From Cupriavidus necator (GTDB lineage: Bacteria; Pseudomonadota; Gammaproteobacteria; Burkholderiales; Burkholderiaceae): a stretch of 32,000 nt of DNA. The notes below the pieces were generated by a model that was given only the letters and a program-made list of their open reading frames with translations, made no database searches and was not told where the DNA came from. The stretch covers positions 1,140,001-1,172,000 of the forward strand of contig NZ_CP066018.1 of NCBI RefSeq assembly GCF_016127575.1. The letters are read 5' to 3'. The translations under genes were made by a program, and so were the position numbers. This document shows positions 8,942 through 16,908 of this stretch, one piece after another. The number at the start of each line of letters is the position of its first letter. The first letter of the stretch is position 1.

Positions 8942-9553
8942 TCAGATGCCCTTGCCGGCCGTTGCCGGCTGCGGCGCCAGCTGGCCCTCGGGCGCCTGCG
9001 CCACCGGCGCACCCACCTCGAAGAAGGTGTACGACAGCGTAATATTCTTCACATCCTTGGGCAGCGCGGGATCGATCACGAACACCACCGGCATCTCGCG
9101 CGCCTCTTTCGCCTTGAGCGTCTGCTGCTTGAAGCAGAAGCACTCCAGCTTCATGAAATACTGGGTCGCCTGCTTGGGCGCGTAGCTCGGGATGGCCTGC
9201 GCCGAAATATCGCGCGGCTGTCCGTTGGCCACCTCGTAGACGATCGTCGCCATCTCGCCCGGATGCACTTCCATGCTGTTCTTCACCGGCCGGAAGGCGA
9301 AGGGCCCGCGCGCGTTGGAGTCGAACTCCACCGTGATGGTGCGGCTCTTGTCGACCTGCGTGTTCTTCACCGCGCCGTGCAGCTCGCGCGTGGTGATCAC
9401 GTTGATGCCGGTGATCTCGCAGATCTTCTTGTACAGCGGCACCAGCGCATAGCCGAAGCCGAACATCACGGCCACGATCACGACCAGGCGCAGCATCATG
9501 CCGCGGTTGAACCGCTTGTCCGCTTCCCTGCCAGCCTGCTGGTCGATGCTCAT
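8942..9553 (-). CDS. ctaG: Cytochrome c oxidase assembly protein CtaG/Cox11 (CuB insertion)
   Basis: N-terminal TM anchor. KLECFCFKQQTL motif with the Cox11 CFCF copper site. Confidence 0.93.
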   Translation of the reverse strand: MSIDQQAGREADKRFNRGMMLRLVVIVAVMFGFGYALVPLYKKICEITGINVITTRELHGAVKNTQVDKSRTITVEFDSNARGPFAFRPVKNSMEVHPGEMATIVYEVANGQPRDISAQAIPSYAPKQATQYFMKLECFCFKQQTLKAKEAREMPVVFVIDPALPKDVKNITLSYTFFEVGAPVAQAPEGQLAPQPATAGKGI

Positions 9554-9570
9554 CTCGCTACCCTGCCGCC

Positions 9571-9702
9571 TCAGCCAAGAAACATCATCTTGGCGAAGAA
9601 CCCCAGAAAGAAAACCACCACGATCGACAGCAGGATCAGGCCAAGGCGCCGGTTGGCGGCCTTCTGGTCCGGGCGTGATGGGCTTTTGTCTGGAGACTGC
9701 AT
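9571..9702 (-). CDS. 43-aa cytochrome oxidase small assembly protein-like ORF (below the ORF-track length cut-off)
   Basis: My own translation of the minus strand gives MQSPDKSPSRPDQKAANRRLGLILLSIVVVFFLGFFAKMMFLG*. It has a basic N-terminus followed by a single TM helix, and it sits between coxA and ctaG, where such a protein is annotated in related genomes. The RBS is weak. Confidence 0.6.
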   Translation of the reverse strand: MQSPDKSPSRPDQKAANRRLGLILLSIVVVFFLGFFAKMMFLG

Positions 9703-9725
9703 AGCTGCTTCTGTTGCTTGCCGGC

Positions 9726-9752
9726 GCGGGAGGCGACGCTGCCGCCTCCCGC
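9726..9752 (-). other. Intra-operon 10-bp GC hairpin between coxA and the 43-aa ORF
   Basis: GCGGGAGGCG (9726-9735) pairs with CGCCTCCCGC (9743-9752), with a 7-nt loop. No T-tract follows. Likely an mRNA processing or stability element rather than a terminator. Confidence 0.4.
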
Positions 9753-9775
9753 TGCCTGATTACGCTGGCCGCGCC

Positions 9776-11383
9776 TTAGCGGACCTGCGGGGGAACTTCA
9801 AAGGTGTGGAACGGCGCCGGCGACGGCACGGTCCACTCCAGGCCCTCTGCGCCATCCCAGGGCTTGTCGGCGGCCTTCTCGCCACCGCGGTACGACGGCA
9901 GCACCACGAAGAAGAAGAAGTACACCTGCATCAGGCCGAAGCCCAGCGCACCGATCGACGCGATCGCATTGAAGTCAGCGAACTGGGTCGGGTAGTCGGC
10001 ATAGCGACGCGGCATGCCGGCCAGGCCCAGGAAGTGCATCGGGAAGAAGGTCACGTTGAAGAAGATGATCGACCCCCAGAAGTGGATCTGGCCGCGGGTT
10101 TCGTTGTACATGAAACCGCTCCACTTCGGACCCCAGTAGTAGAAGCCCGCGAACAGCGCGAACAGCGAGCCGGCCACCAGCACATAGTGGAAGTGCGCCA
10201 CAATGAAGTAGGTGTCCTGCAGCTGGATGTCGATCGGGGCCACGGCCGGCATCAGGCCGGTGAAGCCGCCGATGGTGAACACGAAGATGAAGCCGATCGA
10301 GAACAGCATCGGGGTCTCGAAGGTCATCGAGCCGCGCCACATGGTGGCGATCCAGTTGAAGATCTTCACGGCGGTGGGCACCGCGATCAGCATGGTCGCG
10401 TACATGAAGAACAGCTGGCCGGTCACCGGCATGCCGGTCGTGAACATGTGGTGGGCCCACACGATGAACGACAGGATGGCGATCGAGGCGGTGGCGTACA
10501 CCATCGAGCTGTAGCCGAACAGGCGCTTGCGGGCAAACGCCGGCACCACCTGCGAGACGATCCCGAACGCCGGCAGGATCATGATGTACACCTCGGGGTG
10601 GCCGAAGAACCAGAAGATGTGCTGGTACATCACCGGGTCACCACCACCGGCGGCCGAGAAGAAGCTCGTGCCGAAATGGCGGTCGGTCAGCACCATGGTG
10701 ATGGCGCCGGCCAGCACGGGCATCACGGCGATCAGCAGGTAGGCGGTGATCAGCCAGGTCCAGCAGAACATCGGCATCTTCATCAGCGTCATGCCCGGGG
10801 CGCGCATGTTGAGGATGGTCACGATGATGTTGATCGAGCCCATGATCGACGACGCACCCATGATGTGCATCGCGAAGATGGCCATGTCCATGCCCGGGCC
10901 CATCTGCACCGACAGCGGCGCGTACAGGGTCCAGCCGGCGGCGGTGGCGCCGCCCGGGACCAGGAACGAGCCGGCCAGCAGCAGCGCGGCCGGCGGCATC
11001 AGCCAGAAGCTGAAGTTGTTCATGCGCGCGAACGCCATGTCGGACGCGCCGATCTGCAGCGGGATCATCCAGTTGGCGAAGCCGACGAAGGCCGGCATGA
11101 TCGCGCCGAACACCATCACCAGACCGTGCATGGTGGTGAACTGGTTGAACAGCTCGGGGCGGAAGAACTGCAGGCCCGGCTCGAACAGCTCCAGGCGGAT
11201 CAGCAGTGCCAGCAAACCGCCCGACAGCAGCATGATGAACGAGAACAGCAGGTACAGCGTACCGATGTCCTTGTGGTTGGTCGCGAACAGCCAGCGGCGC
11301 CAGCCATGCGGGTGGTCGTGCGCGTGGTCGTCATGCGCATGATCGTGCGGATGGGCGAGCGCGTCCGGGGTAGCAGTACTCAT
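9776..11383 (-). CDS. ctaD: Cytochrome c oxidase subunit I (aa3-type)
   Basis: Twelve-TM heme-copper oxidase subunit I. WFFGHPEVY and HHMF motifs are present, as are the CuB His ligands. Confidence 0.97.
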   Translation of the reverse strand: MSTATPDALAHPHDHAHDDHAHDHPHGWRRWLFATNHKDIGTLYLLFSFIMLLSGGLLALLIRLELFEPGLQFFRPELFNQFTTMHGLVMVFGAIMPAFVGFANWMIPLQIGASDMAFARMNNFSFWLMPPAALLLAGSFLVPGGATAAGWTLYAPLSVQMGPGMDMAIFAMHIMGASSIMGSINIIVTILNMRAPGMTLMKMPMFCWTWLITAYLLIAVMPVLAGAITMVLTDRHFGTSFFSAAGGGDPVMYQHIFWFFGHPEVYIMILPAFGIVSQVVPAFARKRLFGYSSMVYATASIAILSFIVWAHHMFTTGMPVTGQLFFMYATMLIAVPTAVKIFNWIATMWRGSMTFETPMLFSIGFIFVFTIGGFTGLMPAVAPIDIQLQDTYFIVAHFHYVLVAGSLFALFAGFYYWGPKWSGFMYNETRGQIHFWGSIIFFNVTFFPMHFLGLAGMPRRYADYPTQFADFNAIASIGALGFGLMQVYFFFFVVLPSYRGGEKAADKPWDGAEGLEWTVPSPAPFHTFEVPPQVR

Positions 11384-11421
11384 CGCAAATGCTCCTCTAA
11401 TCCTGTTCTGTCTTCAGCGGG

Positions 11422-12684
11422 TCAGCCCGCGACGCGGTTGCCCGCGAGGCTGGCCTGCTTGTCAGCCTTGTCGGCCGGCTTGGCTTCGGCCTTCGGCGCT
11501 GCGCCGCCTGCCGCGCCGCCGCCCTCGGGGAACTTGCCCGCACGGGCGCCCACGAAGTCGCTCGGCTGGACCACTTCACCCGTCTTGTTGCTCCAGGCGT
11601 TGCGCGTATAGGTCATGACCGCGGCCAGCTCGGTGTCCGAGAGCTGCTTCCACGACGGCATGGCAGCCTTGCCTTCCAGCATGATGTGCATCTGGCCGGC
11701 CTTGGGGCCATTGACCAGCTTGGAGCCGTCCAGCGCCGGGAAGGCGCCGCCGCCCTTGCCGTTGGGCTGGTGGCAGACCGCGCAGTTGGCGGCGTAGACC
11801 TTCTCGCCACGCACCTTCGACTCGTCCAGCGTCCAGGTCTTGTTGGGATCGTCGGCCTTGGCCGCCAGCTCCTTCTTCTTGCCGTCGACCCACTTGGTGT
11901 AGTCGGCGTCCGAGACCACGCGCACCACGATCGGCATGAAGGCGTGCTCCTTGCCGCACAGCTCGGCGCACTGGCCGCGGTACACGCCGATCTTCTCGGC
12001 CTTGAACCAGGTGTCGCGCACGAAGCCGGGGATCGCATCCTGCTTGACGCCGAAGGCCGGGATCATCCAGGCGTGGATCACGTCGTTGGCGGTGGTGACG
12101 ATGCGGATCTTCTTGTTGACCGGCACGACCAGCTCGTTGTCCACCTCCATCAGGTAGGTATTCGACTTGGGCTGCTCGTTGTTGATCTGCTCGCGCGGGG
12201 TGGTCAGGGTCGACACGAAGGAGATGCCTTCGCCTTCGCCCTTCAGGTAGTCATAGCCCCACTTCCACTGGTAGCCGGTGGCCTTGATGGTGATGTCGGA
12301 GTTGGTGGTGTCCTTCATCGCCACCACGGTCTTGGTGGCCGGCAGGGCCATCGCAATCACGATGATGAACGGGACGATGGTCCAGATCACTTCGACCGTG
12401 ATGCTCTCGTGGAAGGCAGCCGGCTTGGCACCCTTGGCCTTGCGGTGCTTGAAGACGGAATAAAACATCACGCTGAATACCGCGACGAAGATCACCGTGC
12501 ACATGATCAACATCATCCAGTTCAGCCAGTGAATCTGTTCGGCGATCTTGGTAACCGGCTCGGTCAGGTTGAGCTGGCGCACGGCGGGGCCGCCCGGCAT
12601 GTCGCTGACCGCGGACGCCGCCTGGCTGGCAAGCAGGGACGCGCCGGCCAGACAAACTGCGGATGCCTTCTTCCACATTTTCAT
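11422..12684 (-). CDS. ctaC: Cytochrome c oxidase subunit II with a C-terminal fused cytochrome c domain
   Basis: CuA site CAELCGKEHAFM, followed by the heme c motif CAVCH with a downstream Met. Signal peptide and two TM helices. Ala/Gly/Lys-rich tail. Confidence 0.95.
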   Translation of the reverse strand: MKMWKKASAVCLAGASLLASQAASAVSDMPGGPAVRQLNLTEPVTKIAEQIHWLNWMMLIMCTVIFVAVFSVMFYSVFKHRKAKGAKPAAFHESITVEVIWTIVPFIIVIAMALPATKTVVAMKDTTNSDITIKATGYQWKWGYDYLKGEGEGISFVSTLTTPREQINNEQPKSNTYLMEVDNELVVPVNKKIRIVTTANDVIHAWMIPAFGVKQDAIPGFVRDTWFKAEKIGVYRGQCAELCGKEHAFMPIVVRVVSDADYTKWVDGKKKELAAKADDPNKTWTLDESKVRGEKVYAANCAVCHQPNGKGGGAFPALDGSKLVNGPKAGQMHIMLEGKAAMPSWKQLSDTELAAVMTYTRNAWSNKTGEVVQPSDFVGARAGKFPEGGGAAGGAAPKAEAKPADKADKQASLAGNRVAG

Positions 12685-12742
12685 TTGTTATCTACCCAAT
12701 TTACAGATTCAAATCTGTCCCCGCCGCCGCCACCGCCGCCTC

Positions 12743-13252
12743 TCAGAGGCGGCGCAAGGCCGCTGCGAGCTCCTGCGCGAACTTGCGTCGCCGGTACGGG
12801 TCCACGTGACACCCCACCTGTACCTCACGCCCGCCCGAGCGCAGCGTCACCAGCGCGCGGAACGATTCACCCAGTTCGATCCGCACCCAGCGCGGATTGA
12901 ATTCCTGACGCGTCACCCGTCCGGCGCTGGCTGTCTCCACGACCAGCGTGCCGTCGGTGATGCTGACGCGCTCATAGTCTGTCGCATGGCGCGCATACAC
13001 CAGCAGTGCGATGCCCAGCCCGATCAGCTCGATGCTCGCGAACGGCAGTACGAGCCAGGACCCTTGCCACGCAAAAAACAACGCGATGGCAAGCGAAACC
13101 GTGAGGATCGAGAGGTAAAACCAGCCGACCTGGCGTGGACTCAGCGAGCAATTCCGCTTCATCAGCCAGTCGTGGGGCGCGGGGGGAGGTCCGTCGAGAT
13201 TTCCGCCGGAGTCACCACCTGCCGTCTGGAATGCGATACCCAAGTCTTGCAT
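12743..13252 (-). CDS. DUF2244-like integral membrane protein (oxidase-associated)
   Basis: WLMKRNCSLSPRQ followed by two TM helices and a soluble C-terminal domain, which is typical of DUF2244. Start is uncertain: ATG 13252 or ATG 13162. Third-position GC is lower than in the neighbouring genes. Confidence 0.72.
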   Translation of the reverse strand: MQDLGIAFQTAGGDSGGNLDGPPPAPHDWLMKRNCSLSPRQVGWFYLSILTVSLAIALFFAWQGSWLVLPFASIELIGLGIALLVYARHATDYERVSITDGTLVVETASAGRVTRQEFNPRWVRIELGESFRALVTLRSGGREVQVGCHVDPYRRRKFAQELAAALRRL

Positions 13253-13365
13253 CGCCAACCACTCTGCATCGGATGCACACCCGGGACGATGGCGTCCGGG
13301 CCGCACAGTGCAAGTGCAAAACCAGGACGTTCTTGTGCCAGGGGACCACTGCGACAAACTGGCGC

Positions 13366-13394
13366 ATTATAGGGCGCTTCCCATACACGGACAA
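13366..13394 (-). promoter_or_regulatory. Candidate sigma-70 promoter of the oxidase operon
   Basis: On the minus strand: TTGTCC (13394-13389), 17 nt, then a perfect TATAAT (13371-13366). It lies ~115 nt upstream of the DUF2244 ATG. Confidence 0.4.
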
Positions 13395-13524
13395 GGGCGC
13401 GCCTTGACCGGACGGCTTGCGCGCTGCTTGATTCTGTGCATAGGGAAGGGCCCCGCCATCGCCCTGCCCGCCGCGCCGGCGCTATGTTTGCGGCAATCCA
13501 GCACCGGCGCAAGTTAACTCTGTT

Positions 13525-14478
13525 TTAACTTGTCCGACGCGGCCTTGCACGGCCGATCTGGTCCAGCGGCACCACCGCGCGGCCCTGGTCGTCGACCGCC
13601 TGGCCGCCACGCGGGGCCAGCTTCCAGGCGTGGCCGTAGACGATCTCGAAGGTCAGCGGGATCACGCCGTCGGCGTTGCGCCGCCGCTCCAGCGCCTGCG
13701 CCAGCGCCTGGTACCAGCCGCGGCCGCGCAGGCCCTGCGGCAGCGACCCGACCGGCCCGCGCAGGCCGCCGAAGGCCTGCACCTCGCGCAGCAGCGTGGC
13801 GGGGGACTCGTAGGTCACGGTCAGCGTCTCCATGTCCATCACCGGGGTGGACCAGCCGCTGTGCACCAGCATGTCGCCGATATCGTGCATGTCGACAAAG
13901 CGCAACGTATGGGGTGCCTGGTCGACTTCGGCAAAGGCCGCGCGCAGCTCCTTCAGGGTGTCCGGGCCGAACAGCGAGAACAGCACCAGCCCTTCGTCGC
14001 GCGCCACGCGGTGCCACTCCGGGAACACGCGGTGCGGCTCCGGATGCCAGTGCAGCGCCAGGTTGGACCACAGCAGGTCGAAGCTCGCGGGCGCAAAAGG
14101 CAGTGTGGCAAGATCGGCCTGGACCAGGTCAAAGAGCGGCCGCTTGCCCAGCATGCGGCCGATCCAGCCGGGCCGGCGCTGCGGGTCGCGCTGGCCGGCC
14201 TCGGCCAGCATCGCGCCGGAGATGTCCAGTCCGGCAATCTGCGCATCCGGGAAGCGCGCGCGCAGCCCGGCCAGGCCCTGGCCGTGGCCGCAGCCGATAT
14301 CCAGCGCGCGCTGCGGCGCCAGGCGGATCACTTCCATGCGCTCCTGCATGCGGCGGCCGATCTCGCCCAGCAGGAAGTCCAGCTGGCCGAAGCCCCGGCT
14401 GCGCCGGTCGAAGGCGAGCCGGGTCAGGCGCGCGGGCGGCAGGAAGGCATCGGGGGAATCAGCGGCATGCAGGGACAC
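13525..14478 (-). CDS. Class I SAM-dependent methyltransferase, BioC-like (malonyl-ACP O-methyltransferase family)
   Basis: Motif I is ALDIGCGHGQG. Overall similarity to BioC (LLWSNLALHW, FGPDTLKELR). Only the C-terminal ~317 aa of the 584-aa track ORF is coding. Start candidates are GTG 14478 or TTG 14496. Confidence 0.78.
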   Translation of the reverse strand: MSLHAADSPDAFLPPARLTRLAFDRRSRGFGQLDFLLGEIGRRMQERMEVIRLAPQRALDIGCGHGQGLAGLRARFPDAQIAGLDISGAMLAEAGQRDPQRRPGWIGRMLGKRPLFDLVQADLATLPFAPASFDLLWSNLALHWHPEPHRVFPEWHRVARDEGLVLFSLFGPDTLKELRAAFAEVDQAPHTLRFVDMHDIGDMLVHSGWSTPVMDMETLTVTYESPATLLREVQAFGGLRGPVGSLPQGLRGRGWYQALAQALERRRNADGVIPLTFEIVYGHAWKLAPRGGQAVDDQGRAVVPLDQIGRARPRRTS

Positions 14479-15324
14479 GGGCAGACAGGGCAGCAAGAAA
14501 ACCAGGAACCGGCGCGGGGACAGATACAGGATCAGGCCCGAGCGCCGGATGAATGCGGCCGCCGCGCCCGATGGGCCGCGGCCGGACGGCAAGTATACGC
14601 GCGCGCCGCGCTGGCTGCCGGCGCCGCCGGCAAGGCGCTGGCCGGCGCCGCCGAACTGCTGCTGCCAAGCGCCTGCGCGCTGTGCGGCGCGGTGCAGCGG
14701 CAGGTGGTCTGCGCGCCCTGTGCCGCCGACTTGCTGCGCCCGGTGCGGCGCTGCCCCGCCTGCGCGCTGGCGCAGGGGCGCCACTTCCACTGCCCGGCCT
14801 GCGCGGCATCGCCCCCGGCCTACGACCAAGCCCACACGCTGGGCGACTACGCTTCGCCGCAGGACCAGCTGGTGCTGGCGCTCAAGTTCGGCCACGCCCT
14901 GCCGCTGGCGGGTTGGCTCGCGGCCAGGCTGGCCGCGGGACTGCAGGGGGCCTGGGCCCGACAGCCCGCGCCCGACCTGCTGGCGCCGATCCCGCTGTCG
15001 CCACAGCGGCTGGCCGCGCGCGGCTTCAACCAGGCCTGGGAAATCGCGCGGCCGCTGGCGCGCCACCTGGGCCTGCGCGCCGACCCGGTGCTGCTGCAGC
15101 GCCAGCGCGACACCGGCAGCCAGCGTGCGCTGGACCTGGCCGCCCGTCAGGTGAACCTGCGCGGCGCCTTCAGGCTGGCGCGCGCCGCGCGGCTGGACGG
15201 CATGCACGTGGCGCTGGTAGACGATGTGATGACCTCCGGCGCCACCCTGCACGAGGCCGCCGGCGTGCTCAAGGCGCATGGCGCGGCTCGCGTCAGCGTG
15301 ATCGTCGCGCTGCGCACGCCGTAG
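14467..15324 (+). CDS. comF: ComF family phosphoribosyltransferase-fold protein
   Basis: N-terminal CxxC pairs (CALCG, CAPC, CPAC, CPAC). C-terminal PRTase motif VALVDDVMTSGATL. The only canonical in-frame start upstream of the Cys motifs is ATG 14467. Confidence 0.78.
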   Translation: MQGHGQTGQQENQEPARGQIQDQARAPDECGRRARWAAAGRQVYARAALAAGAAGKALAGAAELLLPSACALCGAVQRQVVCAPCAADLLRPVRRCPACALAQGRHFHCPACAASPPAYDQAHTLGDYASPQDQLVLALKFGHALPLAGWLAARLAAGLQGAWARQPAPDLLAPIPLSPQRLAARGFNQAWEIARPLARHLGLRADPVLLQRQRDTGSQRALDLAARQVNLRGAFRLARAARLDGMHVALVDDVMTSGATLHEAAGVLKAHGAARVSVIVALRTP

Positions 15325-15407
15325 CTTTGGATGACAGTGGCCGGTGCGCGCGGTAAGCTGCGCACCGTTCTGACGAAGGGCGCAGTGCGCCCGCCATCCC
15401 CCGCATC

Positions 15408-15878
15408 ATGTTCAACGTCGTCCTGGTCGAACCGGAAATCCCGCCCAATACCGGCAATGTGATCCGCCTGTGCGCCAACACCGGAGCGCAGCTGCACCTG
15501 GTCAAACCCCTGGGTTTTCCGCTGGAAGACGCGCGCATGCGCCGCGCGGGACTGGATTACCACGAGTACGCCACCATGCGCGTGCATGAAAGCTGGGACG
15601 CGCTGATGGCCAGCGAGCAGCCCGACCCGGCGCGCATGTTCGCGCTGACCACGCGCGGCTCGACACCGTTCGGCGAGGTGGCGTTCCGCCCCGGGGACTG
15701 GTTCGTGTTCGGTTCCGAAACACGCGGGCTATCGCCGGAGCGGCGCGACTGGTTCCCGCCCGCGCAGCGCATCCGGCTGCCGATGCGGCCCGACAACCGC
15801 AGCCTGAACCTGTCGAACACGGTCGCCGTGGTGGTGTTCGAGGCGTGGCGCCAGAACGGGTTCGAAGGCGGCAGCTGA
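15408..15878 (+). CDS. trmL: tRNA (cytidine/uridine(34)-2'-O)-methyltransferase TrmL (SpoU/TrmH family)
   Basis: 156 aa. Contains MFNVVLVEPEIPPNTGNVIRLCANTG and the SPOUT knot motifs FGSETRGL and SLNLSN. Confidence 0.9.
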   Translation: MFNVVLVEPEIPPNTGNVIRLCANTGAQLHLVKPLGFPLEDARMRRAGLDYHEYATMRVHESWDALMASEQPDPARMFALTTRGSTPFGEVAFRPGDWFVFGSETRGLSPERRDWFPPAQRIRLPMRPDNRSLNLSNTVAVVVFEAWRQNGFEGGS

Positions 15879-15894
15879 GCCGCCCGGCCAGCGC

Positions 15895-16872
15895 CTACTC
15901 CGGCTGCACGCCGGCGGCGCGGATCACCTTGTCCCAGCGCGCCTTCTCGCTCACCATGGTCTGGCGCAGCGAGGCCGGCGCGGTGCCGGCCGGCACGAAA
16001 TACTGCGCGCGCATCTTGTCGCGCACGTCGGCGCTGCCGATGATCGCCACCAGCTCGCGGTAGAGCCGGTCGATCACAGCCTGCGGCGTGCCCGCCGGCG
16101 CCAGCACCGCCTGCCAGGAAATCGCCTCGAAGCCCGGGTAGCCGGATTCCGCCACTGTCGGCACCGACGGCAACACCGCCGTGCGCCCCGTCGTGGTCAC
16201 GGCCAGCACGCGCAGCTTGCCCGCGTTGACCTGCGGCATCGCGATCGCCGGCACCATGAAACCCGCCTGCACCTGCCCGCCCACCATCGCCGTGGTGATC
16301 TGCGGGAAGCCGGGGTATGGCACGTGCTGCAGGTCGATGCCCGCCATCGCCTTGAGTTGCTCCATCGCCAGGTGCGAGGCACTGCCGTTGCCGGGCGAGC
16401 CATAGTTCAACTCACCCGGCTTGGCCCGTGCCAGCGCGACGAACTCGCGCAGGTTGTGCACCGGCAGGCGTGCATCCACCACCAGCACGTTGGGCGAGGT
16501 CGCCACCAGCGTGACCGGCGCCAGCTGGCGGAACGGGTCGTAGTTCAGGTTGCGCGACAGCGTCGGCGCGGTCACCAGCGGGCCGTTGATGGTGAACAGC
16601 AGGGTGTAGCCATCCGGAGCGGCGCGCGCCACCATGCCGGTGCCGATATTGCCGCCGGCGCCGGGACGGTTTTCCACCACCACCGGCTGGCCCAGCGCGG
16701 CGGCCAGCTTTTCGGTCACGATGCGCGCGATCAGGTCGGGCGATGAGCCCGGCGGGAACGGCACCACCATGCGGATCGGCCGCGCGGGCCAGGGTTGGGC
16801 GAAGACGCCGCCGGAAGTCCCGGCGGCGCAGGCGGCAGCCAGCGCGATCAGCGCTTGTCGTCGTGTGGGCAT
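15895..16872 (-). CDS. Bug family (TctC-like) tripartite tricarboxylate transporter periplasmic binding protein, orphan
   Basis: RRQALIALAAA signal peptide. WPARPIRMVVPFPPGSSPDLIAR is the hallmark N-terminus of Bug proteins. No tctA or tctB gene is adjacent. Confidence 0.88.
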   Translation of the reverse strand: MPTRRQALIALAAACAAGTSGGVFAQPWPARPIRMVVPFPPGSSPDLIARIVTEKLAAALGQPVVVENRPGAGGNIGTGMVARAAPDGYTLLFTINGPLVTAPTLSRNLNYDPFRQLAPVTLVATSPNVLVVDARLPVHNLREFVALARAKPGELNYGSPGNGSASHLAMEQLKAMAGIDLQHVPYPGFPQITTAMVGGQVQAGFMVPAIAMPQVNAGKLRVLAVTTTGRTAVLPSVPTVAESGYPGFEAISWQAVLAPAGTPQAVIDRLYRELVAIIGSADVRDKMRAQYFVPAGTAPASLRQTMVSEKARWDKVIRAAGVQPE

Positions 16873-16908
16873 GCGGTGCGGAGGATCAGAAGTTGGATAC
16901 GCGAGTCA

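Noticed and set aside
8654-11611. 985-aa plus-strand ORF spanning the ctaG-coxA region
   Set aside because: It is entirely antisense to well-supported genes (Cox11, subunit I). The translation is Arg/His/Gly/Ala-rich low-complexity sequence with no recognisable domain. This is a typical stop-codon-poor antisense frame in GC-rich DNA.
12719-12740. Short (CCG)n-like tract CCCCGCCGCCGCCACCGCCGCC between DUF2244 and coxB
   Set aside because: It has only about six imperfect units in a GC-rich genome. It is probably compositional. Slippage there would not change any reading frame.
13309-13324. Sigma-54-like element on the minus strand (TGGTTT-TGCAC-TTGCA, with correct GG-N10-GC spacing) upstream of the oxidase operon
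   Set aside because: The -24 half is weak. No enhancer-binding-protein sites were noticed. An aa3 oxidase operon has no known reason to be RpoN-dependent. A good sigma-70 promoter (TTGTCC-N17-TATAAT) lies just upstream.
14479-15279. N-terminal 267 residues of the 584-aa minus-strand ORF 13525-15279
   Set aside because: This part is antisense to comF and has no methyltransferase similarity. Only the C-terminal ~317 aa (13525-14478) is coding.
15858-15868. GGGTTCGAAGG, which resembles a tRNA T-arm
   Set aside because: It lies inside the trmL coding frame near its 3' end. No acceptor or anticodon stems can be drawn around it.
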